A DNA stretch of 26,856 bases from a virus (Duplodnaviria > Caudoviricetes): the IMG/VR virus record IMGVR_UViG_3300027813_000069, positions 1 through 26,856 of that record; one strand, given 5' to 3'. The notes under the pieces are model-generated. The model had not been told where the DNA came from. It saw only the letters and a program-made list of their open reading frames with translations, and searched no databases. The position numbers were made by a program, and so were the translations under genes. Below are positions 1 through 7,818 of this stretch, piece by piece (positions within the stretch are counted from its first letter, which is position 1; the number at the start of each line of letters is the position of its first letter).

Positions 1-267
1 CTCCAAACCATCAGATACCATATCATCTTTATAAGTGTAATTTATAAAGTTAGGTCGATAGGATAATCTCTGTGCGATTTGAAGGAAACACATAGCAATA
101 TATTCAGTGACATATGGCTTCTTTTTACCATCTTTCTCACATTGAACAATATCAGCCTGATACTCAATAAGAGCCTTCAAGAATTCTTTATTGTTAATAT
201 AGTGCTTAGTATTATCCTTATCGACAGGTGGTTTTGCCTCTTGATAAGCATAGTCTCGTTTTGCCAC
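1..267 (-). CDS. gp55: T4-like late-transcription sigma factor gp55, 5' part (runs off the window edge)
   Basis: Not in the ORF track. Manual translation from GTG at 267 (SD AAGGAG upstream) gives MAKRDYAYQEAKPPVDKDNTKHYINNKEFLKALIEYQ...YIAMCFLQIAQRLSYRPNFINYTYKDDMVSDGLE. The HYINNKEF and LSYRPNFINYTYKDDMVSDG motifs are typical of gp55, and the position downstream of uvsW fits. Confidence 0.95.
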   Translation of the reverse strand, partial: MAKRDYAYQEAKPPVDKDNTKHYINNKEFLKALIEYQADIVQCEKDGKKKPYVTEYIAMCFLQIAQRLSYRPNFINYTYKDDMVSDGLE

Positions 268-298
268 TTTATTACTCCTTATTCAATTATATAAAACT

Positions 299-327
299 AT
301 TATAACAGGTCTTCGGGTTAATGTCAA
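299..327 (-). promoter_or_regulatory. sigma70-type promoter for gp55
   Basis: Minus strand reads GGG-TTGACA-17 nt-TATAAT with an extended -10 (TGT TATAAT); perfect consensus. Confidence 0.9.
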
Positions 328-399
328 CCCTTTTTGTTACTTATTTCAAAATAAGTTTTTAAGTGTTCTTTTGTTACGTATTACTTATATGACGTAAAA

Positions 400-588
400 T
401 GGCGAGTGAAACGAGCCACTTGAGCCCGGAGGGCGAAAGACATTGTAACTGGTTATAAACGTAGACCCAGCCCTCTGGAACATAATATACACTTGAATCG
501 CTATATTCAGTCATATTCAATGGTATCAACTTATCTGCTCTTCGCTTCGCTCATCACAGATTGGCTCAAGGACTTCGTCCTCTCGCCA
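400..588. other. Branched inverted-repeat element with GNA-triloop mini-hairpins (candidate ssDNA/origin structure)
   Basis: TGGCGAG(400-406)/CTCGCCA(582-588), GAGCCA(413-418)/TGGCTC(562-567), TGAGC(421-425)/GCTCA(549-553); side hairpins GCCC-GGA-GGGC, GC-TTC-GC and AGGAC-TTC-GTCCT. Confidence 0.55.
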
Positions 589-642
589 GTTTCTACTTTA
601 AAGGCATTAATAAGATGGATTAACATTAGATATCCTATTTTA

Positions 643-940
643 GATATGGCTCCGCTATAGAGCCAGGTTACGAGAGGAAAAAAACAATTATCTTCCTTTG
701 TCCTGGTGCCCGCTGAGTGTCAATTCACTCATCTCTAGTGGACTATACCAATATATGGTGTGTCCCGAGCCGGATTTCTTTCAAGTATTTATCCCTTGGA
801 CGGGGAATCAACTTACAGACCTCAACTACAGTAGGAGTTTATGTCGAGTATTATAGTCTGCTCACTTCACCAAATGGCTACTAAACCTGAGTTTCACGTT
901 TCAGGTAGATAGTCTTAGTTTTAACCCTAAGCGGTTATAT
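643..940 (+). ncRNA. Putative structured non-coding RNA of unknown family
   Basis: Dense run of stem-loops in an ORF-free region, several with G-T wobbles that pair only on the + strand. No known family recognised. Confidence 0.4.
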
Positions 941-974
941 GTCCAAATGTGTTTTCACTTCTAATATTAGGAAC

Positions 975-1003
975 AGTATAACACAAGGAAATCGCTGTGT
1001 CAA
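975..1003 (-). promoter_or_regulatory. sigma70-type promoter firing into the non-coding region
   Basis: Minus strand reads GGGG-TTGACA-17 nt-TATACT with a TGT extended -10. No convincing ORF follows for about 700 nt. Confidence 0.8.
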
Positions 1004-1019
1004 CCCCTAATTTCACCTT

Positions 1020-1364
1020 TTATAGAATAAATTTGCCACCAGCAGGTTGGATGATGGCGCTGAACATAGATGTGTGCTGGTCAGCGATTTCGGTGCGTGT
1101 TTCCGCAATAAAGAGTATATCACTCATTCCGATATGGATAGTATCATCTTGGACTGTCATAAGAAATGGAACCAAACTCAAACTTGAAGAACCTTGACCA
1201 TCTGGTATTGACTGGAGAACACAAGGATTCTGGACAGTGATTACCCCTTCCTTTTCTCGTATACCGATAACATCGGCAATCAACTCGGTTCCTGTGTGTT
1301 TTAGATGAACCGTTGCTTTATATGTTTTGAACTTTTCTTCCTTCAATTCACTTTCATAACTCAT
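1020..1364 (-). CDS. Conserved T4-like hypothetical protein, probable Sm/LSm-like fold
   Basis: 114 aa. The pattern LKxTGTELIADV...VQNP...LVPFL...I.MSDILFI resembles the Sm-like proteins found between uvsW and gp55 in marine T4-like phages. ATGA overlap with the upstream gene. Confidence 0.65.
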   Translation of the reverse strand: MSYESELKEEKFKTYKATVHLKHTGTELIADVIGIREKEGVITVQNPCVLQSIPDGQGSSSLSLVPFLMTVQDDTIHIGMSDILFIAETRTEIADQHTSMFSAIIQPAGGKFIL

Positions 1365-2065
1365 AATTTAATACTCCTTTTTTTAATCCTGTCAAGTGGC
1401 CAACTACTAGTTTCTATTCCACCTATGAAAAATGCTAATGTTAGTCTATCTTCCCCATCACTCCAATAACTATTCGCGGCGTGCCATTCACTGGCATCAT
1501 ACGCTATCAATCGATTAAAGTGATTTTGAAATCTTAATTTCTCTGTAAATTTTGCATTATGCTCGTTTACACCAACTTCTCCAGATGCCGAAATGATTGA
1601 ACCTGGTTTCAAATTCCATAATGATGTACCGCTATCTTTGTGGATATCTGGTGTAAGATATATCAATCCAGCAACTTCGTTATCAACTCCATTCTGCCTC
1701 TTTCTTTCGAGTATAGCATCTTGGTGTATAAATCCTTTGTTTCCATCTTCTTCTTTAATATCACCAGAGCGAGGATTCCTATGGAAGGACATCTCACTTA
1801 GGCTCCAGGAAACGTCTATATAATCTAAATCAAAATAAATGCTTAAAACTCTCTTTAGAATGTCATTGTGCAATTCAGGATTTATCTCCCATAATTGTTT
1901 TGACCTCATTCCTGGTTTGTCGCCACCCAAATCATCTTTTTCTAATGATTTACCATATTCCATAATAGCGTGTGCATCGTCAAAGAAGTCATCTACAACT
2001 ACGGGGAAGAATTTTGAAGGACGACCCCACCTAGATTTTGTCGCAAGGCTCTGTCCTGCTGTCAT
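1361..2065 (-). CDS. 2OG-Fe(II) oxygenase superfamily protein (DUF6445-like)
   Basis: VVVDDFF, HQD (HxD), IYLTP, GTSLW, FNRLIAYD...WHAA (distal His) and RLTLAFF (2OG-binding Arg). Confidence 0.85.
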   Translation of the reverse strand: MTAGQSLATKSRWGRPSKFFPVVVDDFFDDAHAIMEYGKSLEKDDLGGDKPGMRSKQLWEINPELHNDILKRVLSIYFDLDYIDVSWSLSEMSFHRNPRSGDIKEEDGNKGFIHQDAILERKRQNGVDNEVAGLIYLTPDIHKDSGTSLWNLKPGSIISASGEVGVNEHNAKFTEKLRFQNHFNRLIAYDASEWHAANSYWSDGEDRLTLAFFIGGIETSSWPLDRIKKRSIKL

Positions 2066-3540
2066 AATTTAATACTCCTCAATTTGTAATCAAACTTTTC
2101 TGTGTTGTATATCTTAACTCTCTCAAAGAAATGACGTAGGGAGAAGTTCTTATGTTTCTTCCACGATAGGTCGTCACTTATGTCGAAAAGAGTTGCTTTA
2201 TCTTTGCCTTCTGCTTTACGTAAAACTCGGCCGACTGACTGTAAATTTCTAATACGAGACTTAGCAGGATGACCAAAAATGACGTTATGCAAATTGCGAA
2301 TGTTGATACCAGTACTAAAAGTACCATAACTGGCCACAATAATAGCATTAGTAGATAGTTCTGTAATTTCACGAATTTCCTCCCTGACCTCGGTTTCTAC
2401 GGAACCACTGACAAAAAACACTGGACGGTCCGGGTCCTTTTTAGTAAGATACTCATACAGTTTCTTACCGTGTTTTTCTACATATTGAAATAGAATTAAT
2501 GTGTTTTTGTCCCTAGATAGGGCTAAATCACATATAAACTTATTGCGTTTGGTATGGTTAATAAGGAAATCAATCTCTTCCTTATATGCCATAAGTTTTA
2601 CTGCTTTCTTCTCTTCATCAGTATATCCCAAGGTTACTGCTTCGATATGTAACTTTGCAATAGTATCTGAGTCCATCAATGCTTTAGTCGTTGTGACTTT
2701 ATGTACTTGCCCAAATAATCCTTCAAGAACCAATTTGTGTGTCTGTGTGCCATCTAAGGTACCAGTAAATCCGAATCTGAACTCACAATTTACCATTTTT
2801 GTTAGAATAGATGTAAGAGACTTGGCCTTAAAATTATGGGCTTCATCTCCAATTACAACATCAAATTGTTTGAACCAATCTTTCTTTAACTTGTAGATAG
2901 ACTGCCAAGTGGTTATAACTATCTTTCTATCTGTCTCTTTGTCTTTGCCTGCATATATTCTATGTGTGTTGTCATTAGAGTAGTCACATCCAGAACCGTT
3001 GGAGTAGTCATCAAAATCTTTGTATAACTGTTCAACCAGTGTTGTAGTCGGAACAATAATCAAAATCTTCTTTTCAACTGTATTCATATACCAGTTCACC
3101 AGTCCATAAATCATCAGAGATTTACCACTGCTGGTGGGAGATAACATTAATGCTCGTTTTTGATTGAGTCCGTGATGGAGTGCTTCCATCTGATAATCAT
3201 ATGGTTCGATTGGAGAACCACCTACTTGAGGATTTAATTTCTTGAAGAATGTCGCTGTCTCTTCGGGAGTAGAGGTTCTTTCGAGAGGTAGGGTCTGTAT
3301 TGTTAAATTATTTCTAGACGCAAACTCAACCACATATGGGAGTAGGCCATAGTACAACTCCCCACCAAATGCGTTAAATAGACGAATTTTCCCATCCCAC
3401 GCCCTGCTTCGGTAGGCTGGCATAAATTTATAGCCTGGAACCTGGAATGTAAAATAATCAGAAAGGTCGTGGGCTAAGCCAGCCTCACATTCGATGTTAA
3501 TATAAACATCGTCCTTCTTATGTACAATAATATCGGTCAA
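2062..3540 (-). CDS. uvsW: UvsW SF2 DNA/RNA-DNA helicase
   Basis: N-terminal FTFQVPGYKFMPAYR...WDGKIRLF, Walker A SPTSSGKS, DEAH, TGT, and motif VI QSVGRVLR. Confidence 0.97.
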   Translation of the reverse strand: MTDIIVHKKDDVYINIECEAGLAHDLSDYFTFQVPGYKFMPAYRSRAWDGKIRLFNAFGGELYYGLLPYVVEFASRNNLTIQTLPLERTSTPEETATFFKKLNPQVGGSPIEPYDYQMEALHHGLNQKRALMLSPTSSGKSLMIYGLVNWYMNTVEKKILIIVPTTTLVEQLYKDFDDYSNGSGCDYSNDNTHRIYAGKDKETDRKIVITTWQSIYKLKKDWFKQFDVVIGDEAHNFKAKSLTSILTKMVNCEFRFGFTGTLDGTQTHKLVLEGLFGQVHKVTTTKALMDSDTIAKLHIEAVTLGYTDEEKKAVKLMAYKEEIDFLINHTKRNKFICDLALSRDKNTLILFQYVEKHGKKLYEYLTKKDPDRPVFFVSGSVETEVREEIREITELSTNAIIVASYGTFSTGINIRNLHNVIFGHPAKSRIRNLQSVGRVLRKAEGKDKATLFDISDDLSWKKHKNFSLRHFFERVKIYNTEKFDYKLRSIKL

Positions 3541-3947
3541 AACTCACCCTGTGTAAACTTCATAAAATCAATAGCATTTTTAATAGCAAAACCTCTGGTA
3601 GAGAACATTTTACAGACCTCTTCCAAATACTTCACTATCTCTTCTTGTAGAGTGACCTTATCTTCAGCCGAAACTACAGCCGGGTCAACTCTCACATATT
3701 CTTTAACCTCACGGTCTTTCAGAACATATTCAAAAGGGTCTGGGTCAGAACCGTTATAATAGTTGGTTCTACCGTGACTTACTCTATATAGTTCACTTCG
3801 TAATTTTTTGAGTTTGAGCCTCTCCCGCAACAAGATTTTTAGATATTTGTTGTGTTTAGTGGGAGTAGCCAGAGACTCCCTGGCTAGGATAGTCTCATCT
3901 ATGTATACGTCCTTATCTACCGATGCTTCAAGTTCTTCTATTTTCAT
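3537..3947 (-). CDS. uvsY: UvsY recombination mediator
   Basis: 136 aa from ATG 3947; D..IDET.L..ESL.TP.KHNKY, YY.G..P.PF, RGFAIKNAIDF.KF..G. The ORF-track TTG at 3983 is the -35 box of the promoter, so it is not the start. Confidence 0.92.
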   Translation of the reverse strand: MKIEELEASVDKDVYIDETILARESLATPTKHNKYLKILLRERLKLKKLRSELYRVSHGRTNYYNGSDPDPFEYVLKDREVKEYVRVDPAVVSAEDKVTLQEEIVKYLEEVCKMFSTRGFAIKNAIDFMKFTQGEF

Positions 3948-3954
3948 AGTGTTC

Positions 3955-3983
3955 ATTATATAAGATTCCTCACCAAATGTCAA
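3955..3983 (-). promoter_or_regulatory. sigma70-type promoter, proximal uvsY
   Basis: GGGG-TTGACA-17 nt-TATAAT; the ATG lies 7 nt after the -10 box. Confidence 0.88.
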
Positions 3984-4012
3984 CCCCTCAATTATGAGAG
4001 TTATTTTAAGTC

Positions 4013-4041
4013 ATTATACACCATCTAAATCGGAAAGTCAA
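4013..4041 (-). promoter_or_regulatory. sigma70-type promoter, distal uvsY
   Basis: TTGACT-17 nt-TATAAT. Confidence 0.75.
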
Positions 4042-4059
4042 GTGTTTTCTTCAATTATT

Positions 4060-4569
4060 TTAAAGGGCTTTACCTGATTCCATCTCCATAAAGTCGTACT
4101 GGAGAGTCAAATCTGTTAGGAGTGGCTCGGATGATTCATTAGTCATCTGAAGTTCTCCTAGAATGGTAGGGAACAAGTTATGGAAAGTGAACACTGTTTC
4201 ACTCACATTCTTGTTATTTGAAAGGATATGAATACTTCCGTTATGGCCTGTGGCTTCGCCTGGTTTGTACCTTGCATCATTTTTTGCTCCAGCCGCTCGG
4301 TTCATCAATCCGAGGATTTCCATATAGTTCTGGTAATCTTCATCGACCAGAAAGGTCACAGTCATAGGAGCATTTGATATGGTACTGCCTGGCCTATAAA
4401 CATAACCGTGCATAGGATTTGCAATCGGTACTTCGTTAACACTCATAGTCGGTAGATTACAAGTGGTCAACCAGAACTGAGTTCCAGGAAGAATGGACAT
4501 ATTTAACCTATAGTTCGTACTCTTCGCTAGGTTGATTTTTTGCGGAGCAACTCTTTGTTTATCTGTCAT
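4060..4569 (-). CDS. gp3: Tail tube terminator / tail completion protein gp3
   Basis: gp19-like fold signature (NLPTMSV, TVTFLVDEDYQNY, F.NLFPT.LGEL, LTLQYD) and position right after gp23. Confidence 0.88.
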   Translation of the reverse strand: MTDKQRVAPQKINLAKSTNYRLNMSILPGTQFWLTTCNLPTMSVNEVPIANPMHGYVYRPGSTISNAPMTVTFLVDEDYQNYMEILGLMNRAAGAKNDARYKPGEATGHNGSIHILSNNKNVSETVFTFHNLFPTILGELQMTNESSEPLLTDLTLQYDFMEMESGKAL

Positions 4570-4574
4570 ACTAC

Positions 4575-4582
4575 TATTTATA
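4575..4582 (-). promoter_or_regulatory. T4 late promoter (gp3)
   Basis: TATAAATA, 5 nt upstream of the ATG. Confidence 0.85.
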
Positions 4583-4592
4583 ACTCCTGTAT

Positions 4593-4633
4593 AAAAAGAA
4601 AAACGGCACCTTGATTTCTCAAGATGCCGTTTT
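4593..4633 (-). terminator. Rho-independent terminator after gp23
   Basis: AAAACGGCATCTTGA-GAAA-TCAAGGTGCCGTTTT followed by TCTTTTT on the minus strand. Confidence 0.9.
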
Positions 4634-4704
4634 AATGACTTTTTGCCCTAAGGTAGCGAAACTCTTAACGAATGGCGCAAGCCGGTAAAGACAAAATACT
4701 TTAC

Positions 4705-5916
4705 TTACAGGTTAGTTACAGAGAACGACCTGAAGTAAGGGTTAGCGCCAGCGGCACCAGTTGCGAAAGGATTGTGTGTAAGACCGTAACGAGTCTTGAA
4801 CCCTAAACGTGGCTGGAAGTCTTCTTCGCCAATTGATTTCATCAACTGAAGAGGAACATATGGGCAGTAAAAGAGTCCTGCGTCATACATATTAGCGCCT
4901 TTATAGCCTACAGTAACACTATCTGAAGCGGCAAACTGGTCAATAAATACTTTGTACTTACTTCCCAACATACCAGCAAACACAGAGTTTGCAGTATCAG
5001 GTGCATTGCCATTTTCTACATCCATTGAAGGAGTAGCAAGTCCGGCAACCATATCAAGAGCAGATGCAACATCTGGAGATACTAGCAACCAGTTACCTGC
5101 ACCACGTCCAGTGTTTTTAGCGATAAGGTTTGCTTCACGATTGATTTGAATCAATAGTGATTTATAACGCTCACCACCCCAACGGGCACCACGGTTATCA
5201 ACTGCGTCTGCAACATCGAATGTTCCAGCAGTAGTTGTACCAGAAGTAGCACCGGCAGTAGCCTGTGACTGGATTTTAGCAATAACTTCACGGTTAATTT
5301 CAGCAAGGATTTCAGCAGAAAGAATATTTGACAATTCAGTCTCAGCGTCCAAGCCGTGGATAGCCTTAAGGTCTTGAGCAAGTTCCAAAGAATATTTGGC
5401 TTTCAATGCACGAGTGTTAGCAGTAACGCTAGACTTCTCGATTGAGAAAGACATTTCTTTAAATGCGCCGCCACCAGAAACAAAGCCACCTAGAGCCTCG
5501 CCGTCAGCAGTTGCGTAGTTGTTAGTAGGAACTCCCGCTCCGCCACCATCTGGGTTACCAGAGAAGTCTACATCAGGTGCACCAGCGGCAGTAGTAAGTG
5601 CTTCAGCACCAGTACTTGCTTCACCAGTATAATGAGATTTCATAGCAAAGACAAGTCCAGTAGGACCACTCATTGGCTGAACGCCAATTGTGTCATAAGC
5701 CATTAGTTGAGGCATTGTACGTCTAACAAGACTAATTAGGATTGGGTCCCAGTTGTCTACGTTAGCGCCAGTTACGTTGGCTTCTTGCAAAGCCTTTTCT
5801 TGGTTTTCTAAAAGACGAAGTGTAATTGCACGTTTTGTCGCATCTTGAATTTTTGGCAATTCAGAATGTTCCATTACAGGCTGCCACTTATCTTTAATTT
5901 CTTCAGTTAAAAACAT
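4705..5916 (-). CDS. gp23: Major capsid protein gp23
   Basis: LLENQEK, DPILISLVRR.MP.L.AYD..GVQPMSGPTGLVFAM, EM.FSIEK, RALKA.YSLELAQDLKAIHGLDAE.EL.NILS.EI.AEINRE, YCPYVPL, FQPR.GFKTRYG...NPF. Confidence 0.99.
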   Translation of the reverse strand: MFLTEEIKDKWQPVMEHSELPKIQDATKRAITLRLLENQEKALQEANVTGANVDNWDPILISLVRRTMPQLMAYDTIGVQPMSGPTGLVFAMKSHYTGEASTGAEALTTAAGAPDVDFSGNPDGGGAGVPTNNYATADGEALGGFVSGGGAFKEMSFSIEKSSVTANTRALKAKYSLELAQDLKAIHGLDAETELSNILSAEILAEINREVIAKIQSQATAGATSGTTTAGTFDVADAVDNRGARWGGERYKSLLIQINREANLIAKNTGRGAGNWLLVSPDVASALDMVAGLATPSMDVENGNAPDTANSVFAGMLGSKYKVFIDQFAASDSVTVGYKGANMYDAGLFYCPYVPLQLMKSIGEEDFQPRLGFKTRYGLTHNPFATGAAGANPYFRSFSVTNL

Positions 5917-5946
5917 TGAATGTTCTCCTATTAAATATAAATGTGA

Positions 5947-7056
5947 TTAAGCACCTAAGATGCTCGTTTCTCTAGATTGTGAAAGGGAAGCCATAACCTT
6001 CTTCATTGCATCAGTCATCACTCCATCCGAGGAACCGTTCTTGGTGCCCTCTTCTGCAATTACTTCTTCTTTCTCTGCCTCTGAAGGAAAATAAGTTTCT
6101 TTCAAAGTATTCAGTTTTTCAGCATATGATACCGCATCATCGAACTCAACACCTTCAGCAAGACTATTCATCTTTGCTTTTTGTGTCTCAGTCAAGTCAA
6201 CCGTTACTTCTCTGAAAATCTTTTCAGCGGACGCTTCAGCCAGTTGAGTTTTCGCTTCGACATTTTTATTTGTCTCTGCATCCAAACTTTCCTTTAGGGC
6301 TTCAATTTCCTTTGCTTGTTCGTCCACTACATTGTATTTCTCATTAGGGATTTCAATGTAATTTTCTGCAAACAACTTCTGCATTCCACTAACAAAACCT
6401 TCTAAGATTTCGTTTTTCAATCCGTGTTCAACGGACTGCTCGTTCTCTTCAAGCCACTCAGTAACCATATAGTCTAGATAACCATCCAGTTTCTCAGTGA
6501 TATCAGTCAACTGGGACGCAATTTGAACTTCAAGGTCGGCTGCCATCTTATCTTCGATAAGTTGCAAATTTTCCTTGACTTTCGCTTTAACGGCAGTCTC
6601 AAATACTAGAGTAGTACGAGCCTTGAAATCTTCAGTAAGGTCTTGACCATCAAACAATGCTTTCACATCTTCGGCAATATCTACTTCAACTTCAAATGCT
6701 TCTTTCTTTATTGATTTAGCGTTTTTGTTTTCTTCTACATCATCGTCTTCATCTTCGTCCGCGTCATCACCGTCTTCGTCTTCGTCCTGGTCTTCTAGAA
6801 CTTCAACTTCTCCACTACCTTCTACTTTCTTTTTCTTCTTTTTCAAAGGTGTGGCCTTTGGTGCTTCGGCTTCTTCAAGAGAATCAGCCTCAGAAATTTC
6901 AGAATCTTCAGCAACCATTTCCAGGTCCCCCTTTTCTAAAAGTTCATCAGCCTCAGACACTGTAATAGAAGTATCGGAATCGACAGACTGGCCTTTCCAG
7001 ACTTTCTGCTCTTCATCCAAAACCAACATCTCGCCAGTTTCTGTTTTTAACTTCAT
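5947..7056 (-). CDS. gp22: Prohead core scaffolding protein gp22
   Basis: Acidic coiled coil with DVKALF.G.DLTEDFK....VFETAV, LDGYLDY...EW..EN, LF.ENYI.IP.EK and KL..LKETYF; lies between gp21 and gp23. Confidence 0.95.
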   Translation of the reverse strand: MKLKTETGEMLVLDEEQKVWKGQSVDSDTSITVSEADELLEKGDLEMVAEDSEISEADSLEEAEAPKATPLKKKKKKVEGSGEVEVLEDQDEDEDGDDADEDEDDDVEENKNAKSIKKEAFEVEVDIAEDVKALFDGQDLTEDFKARTTLVFETAVKAKVKENLQLIEDKMAADLEVQIASQLTDITEKLDGYLDYMVTEWLEENEQSVEHGLKNEILEGFVSGMQKLFAENYIEIPNEKYNVVDEQAKEIEALKESLDAETNKNVEAKTQLAEASAEKIFREVTVDLTETQKAKMNSLAEGVEFDDAVSYAEKLNTLKETYFPSEAEKEEVIAEEGTKNGSSDGVMTDAMKKVMASLSQSRETSILGA

Positions 7057-7112
7057 CAGGGTTCTCCTAATCCAATTGATAAATTAAAATTAGTTTCTAA
7101 TCTAATTATTAT

Positions 7113-7120
7113 TATTTATA
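7113..7120 (-). promoter_or_regulatory. T4 late promoter (gp22-gp23)
   Basis: TATAAATA in the gp21/gp22 intergenic region. Confidence 0.85.
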
Positions 7121-7160
7121 AAACTAATTACTCTAACCATCGCAAAAATCACTACGATTC

Positions 7161-7802
7161 CTACAACTTGCTTATGAAATCTTCAAATACAGTCGCTTCG
7201 AGCGAAGTTAATCGCTTCCCGGACGCTCTTCTGACGATATCTTGGTATTCTGCTATTTGTCTCTCAGCAATAACACCATTGTTCCAAATCCATTCTTTAC
7301 CTTCCATAATGCCATTAACGAAGGCGTCAGGTGCTGAAGGGTCTGCTACAATATCCGCGGCAGTAGCAAGGTAAAAATCACCTTGTACTTCCTGAATTCC
7401 TTTTTTGTTTGCTTTAAGCGTGCCCATTCCTCTTGATGAAACACCAAGTTGAGCCCCCTCTTTAATCAAACTTTTGACAATATTTCCGTGTGGAGTATCT
7501 GTGATTTTGGCTTTGCCAATATAGTTGTTACCTTCCTGTCTTAGTTGGGTAATCATATGAGATACTCGGTCTAGGTTGATTGTTGGTCCCTCAGGATGCC
7601 CCAATTCTCCAAACGCACGTTTCTTGTCGATATATTCTGTTGTGTATCTTTTGACTTCTTTTTCCATAATAGCACCGGGATACAAACGACCGTTCCTATT
7701 TTTCAGGTCTGCCTGTAGGAATACACCCTCAATATAGAGTTCTTTCCCATTGGCTTCAGTAATGTATTTTACTGATTCTGTAATTTCTGATATTAGTCTC
7801 AT
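7161..7802 (-). CDS. gp21: Prohead protease gp21
   Basis: LYIEGVFLQA..KNRNGR.YP, GELGHP.GPTINLDRVSH, GVSSRGMG, ADIVADPSAPDAFVNGIMEGKEW. Confidence 0.98.
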   Translation of the reverse strand: MRLISEITESVKYITEANGKELYIEGVFLQADLKNRNGRLYPGAIMEKEVKRYTTEYIDKKRAFGELGHPEGPTINLDRVSHMITQLRQEGNNYIGKAKITDTPHGNIVKSLIKEGAQLGVSSRGMGTLKANKKGIQEVQGDFYLATAADIVADPSAPDAFVNGIMEGKEWIWNNGVIAERQIAEYQDIVRRASGKRLTSLEATVFEDFISKL

Positions 7803-7818
7803 TACTCTCCCCTTACTA

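Noticed and set aside
79-294. Plus-strand 71 aa hydrophobic ORF
   Set aside because: It is the antisense shadow of gp55, which is clearly recognisable on the minus strand.
870-916. GGCTA...AGATAGTC resembling group I intron P7/J8-7
   Set aside because: No interrupted gene, no room for the P3' strand between P7 and P8, and no recognisable P4-P6 core.
330-1019. tRNA, tmRNA, RNase P RNA, CRISPR array or retron msr-msd as the explanation for the gap
   Set aside because: No cloverleaf or T-loop with CCA, no GAGGAAAGUCC, no regularly spaced repeats, and no reverse transcriptase or cas gene in the window.
3948-3983. N-terminal extension of UvsY from TTG 3983
   Set aside because: The TTG is the -35 hexamer; ATG 3947 gives a normal-length UvsY.
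4570-4704. Absence of gp24, hoc and inh after gp23
   Set aside because: The gp23-gp3-uvsY-uvsW-gp55 order is the usual layout in marine T4-like phages and is not unusual.
6725-7087. Ser/Phe-rich plus-strand ORF, and the many other plus-strand ORFs over structural genes (e.g. 8393-8890, 12283-12666)
   Set aside because: They are antisense shadows of Glu/Asp/Lys-rich conserved genes and show no family motifs.
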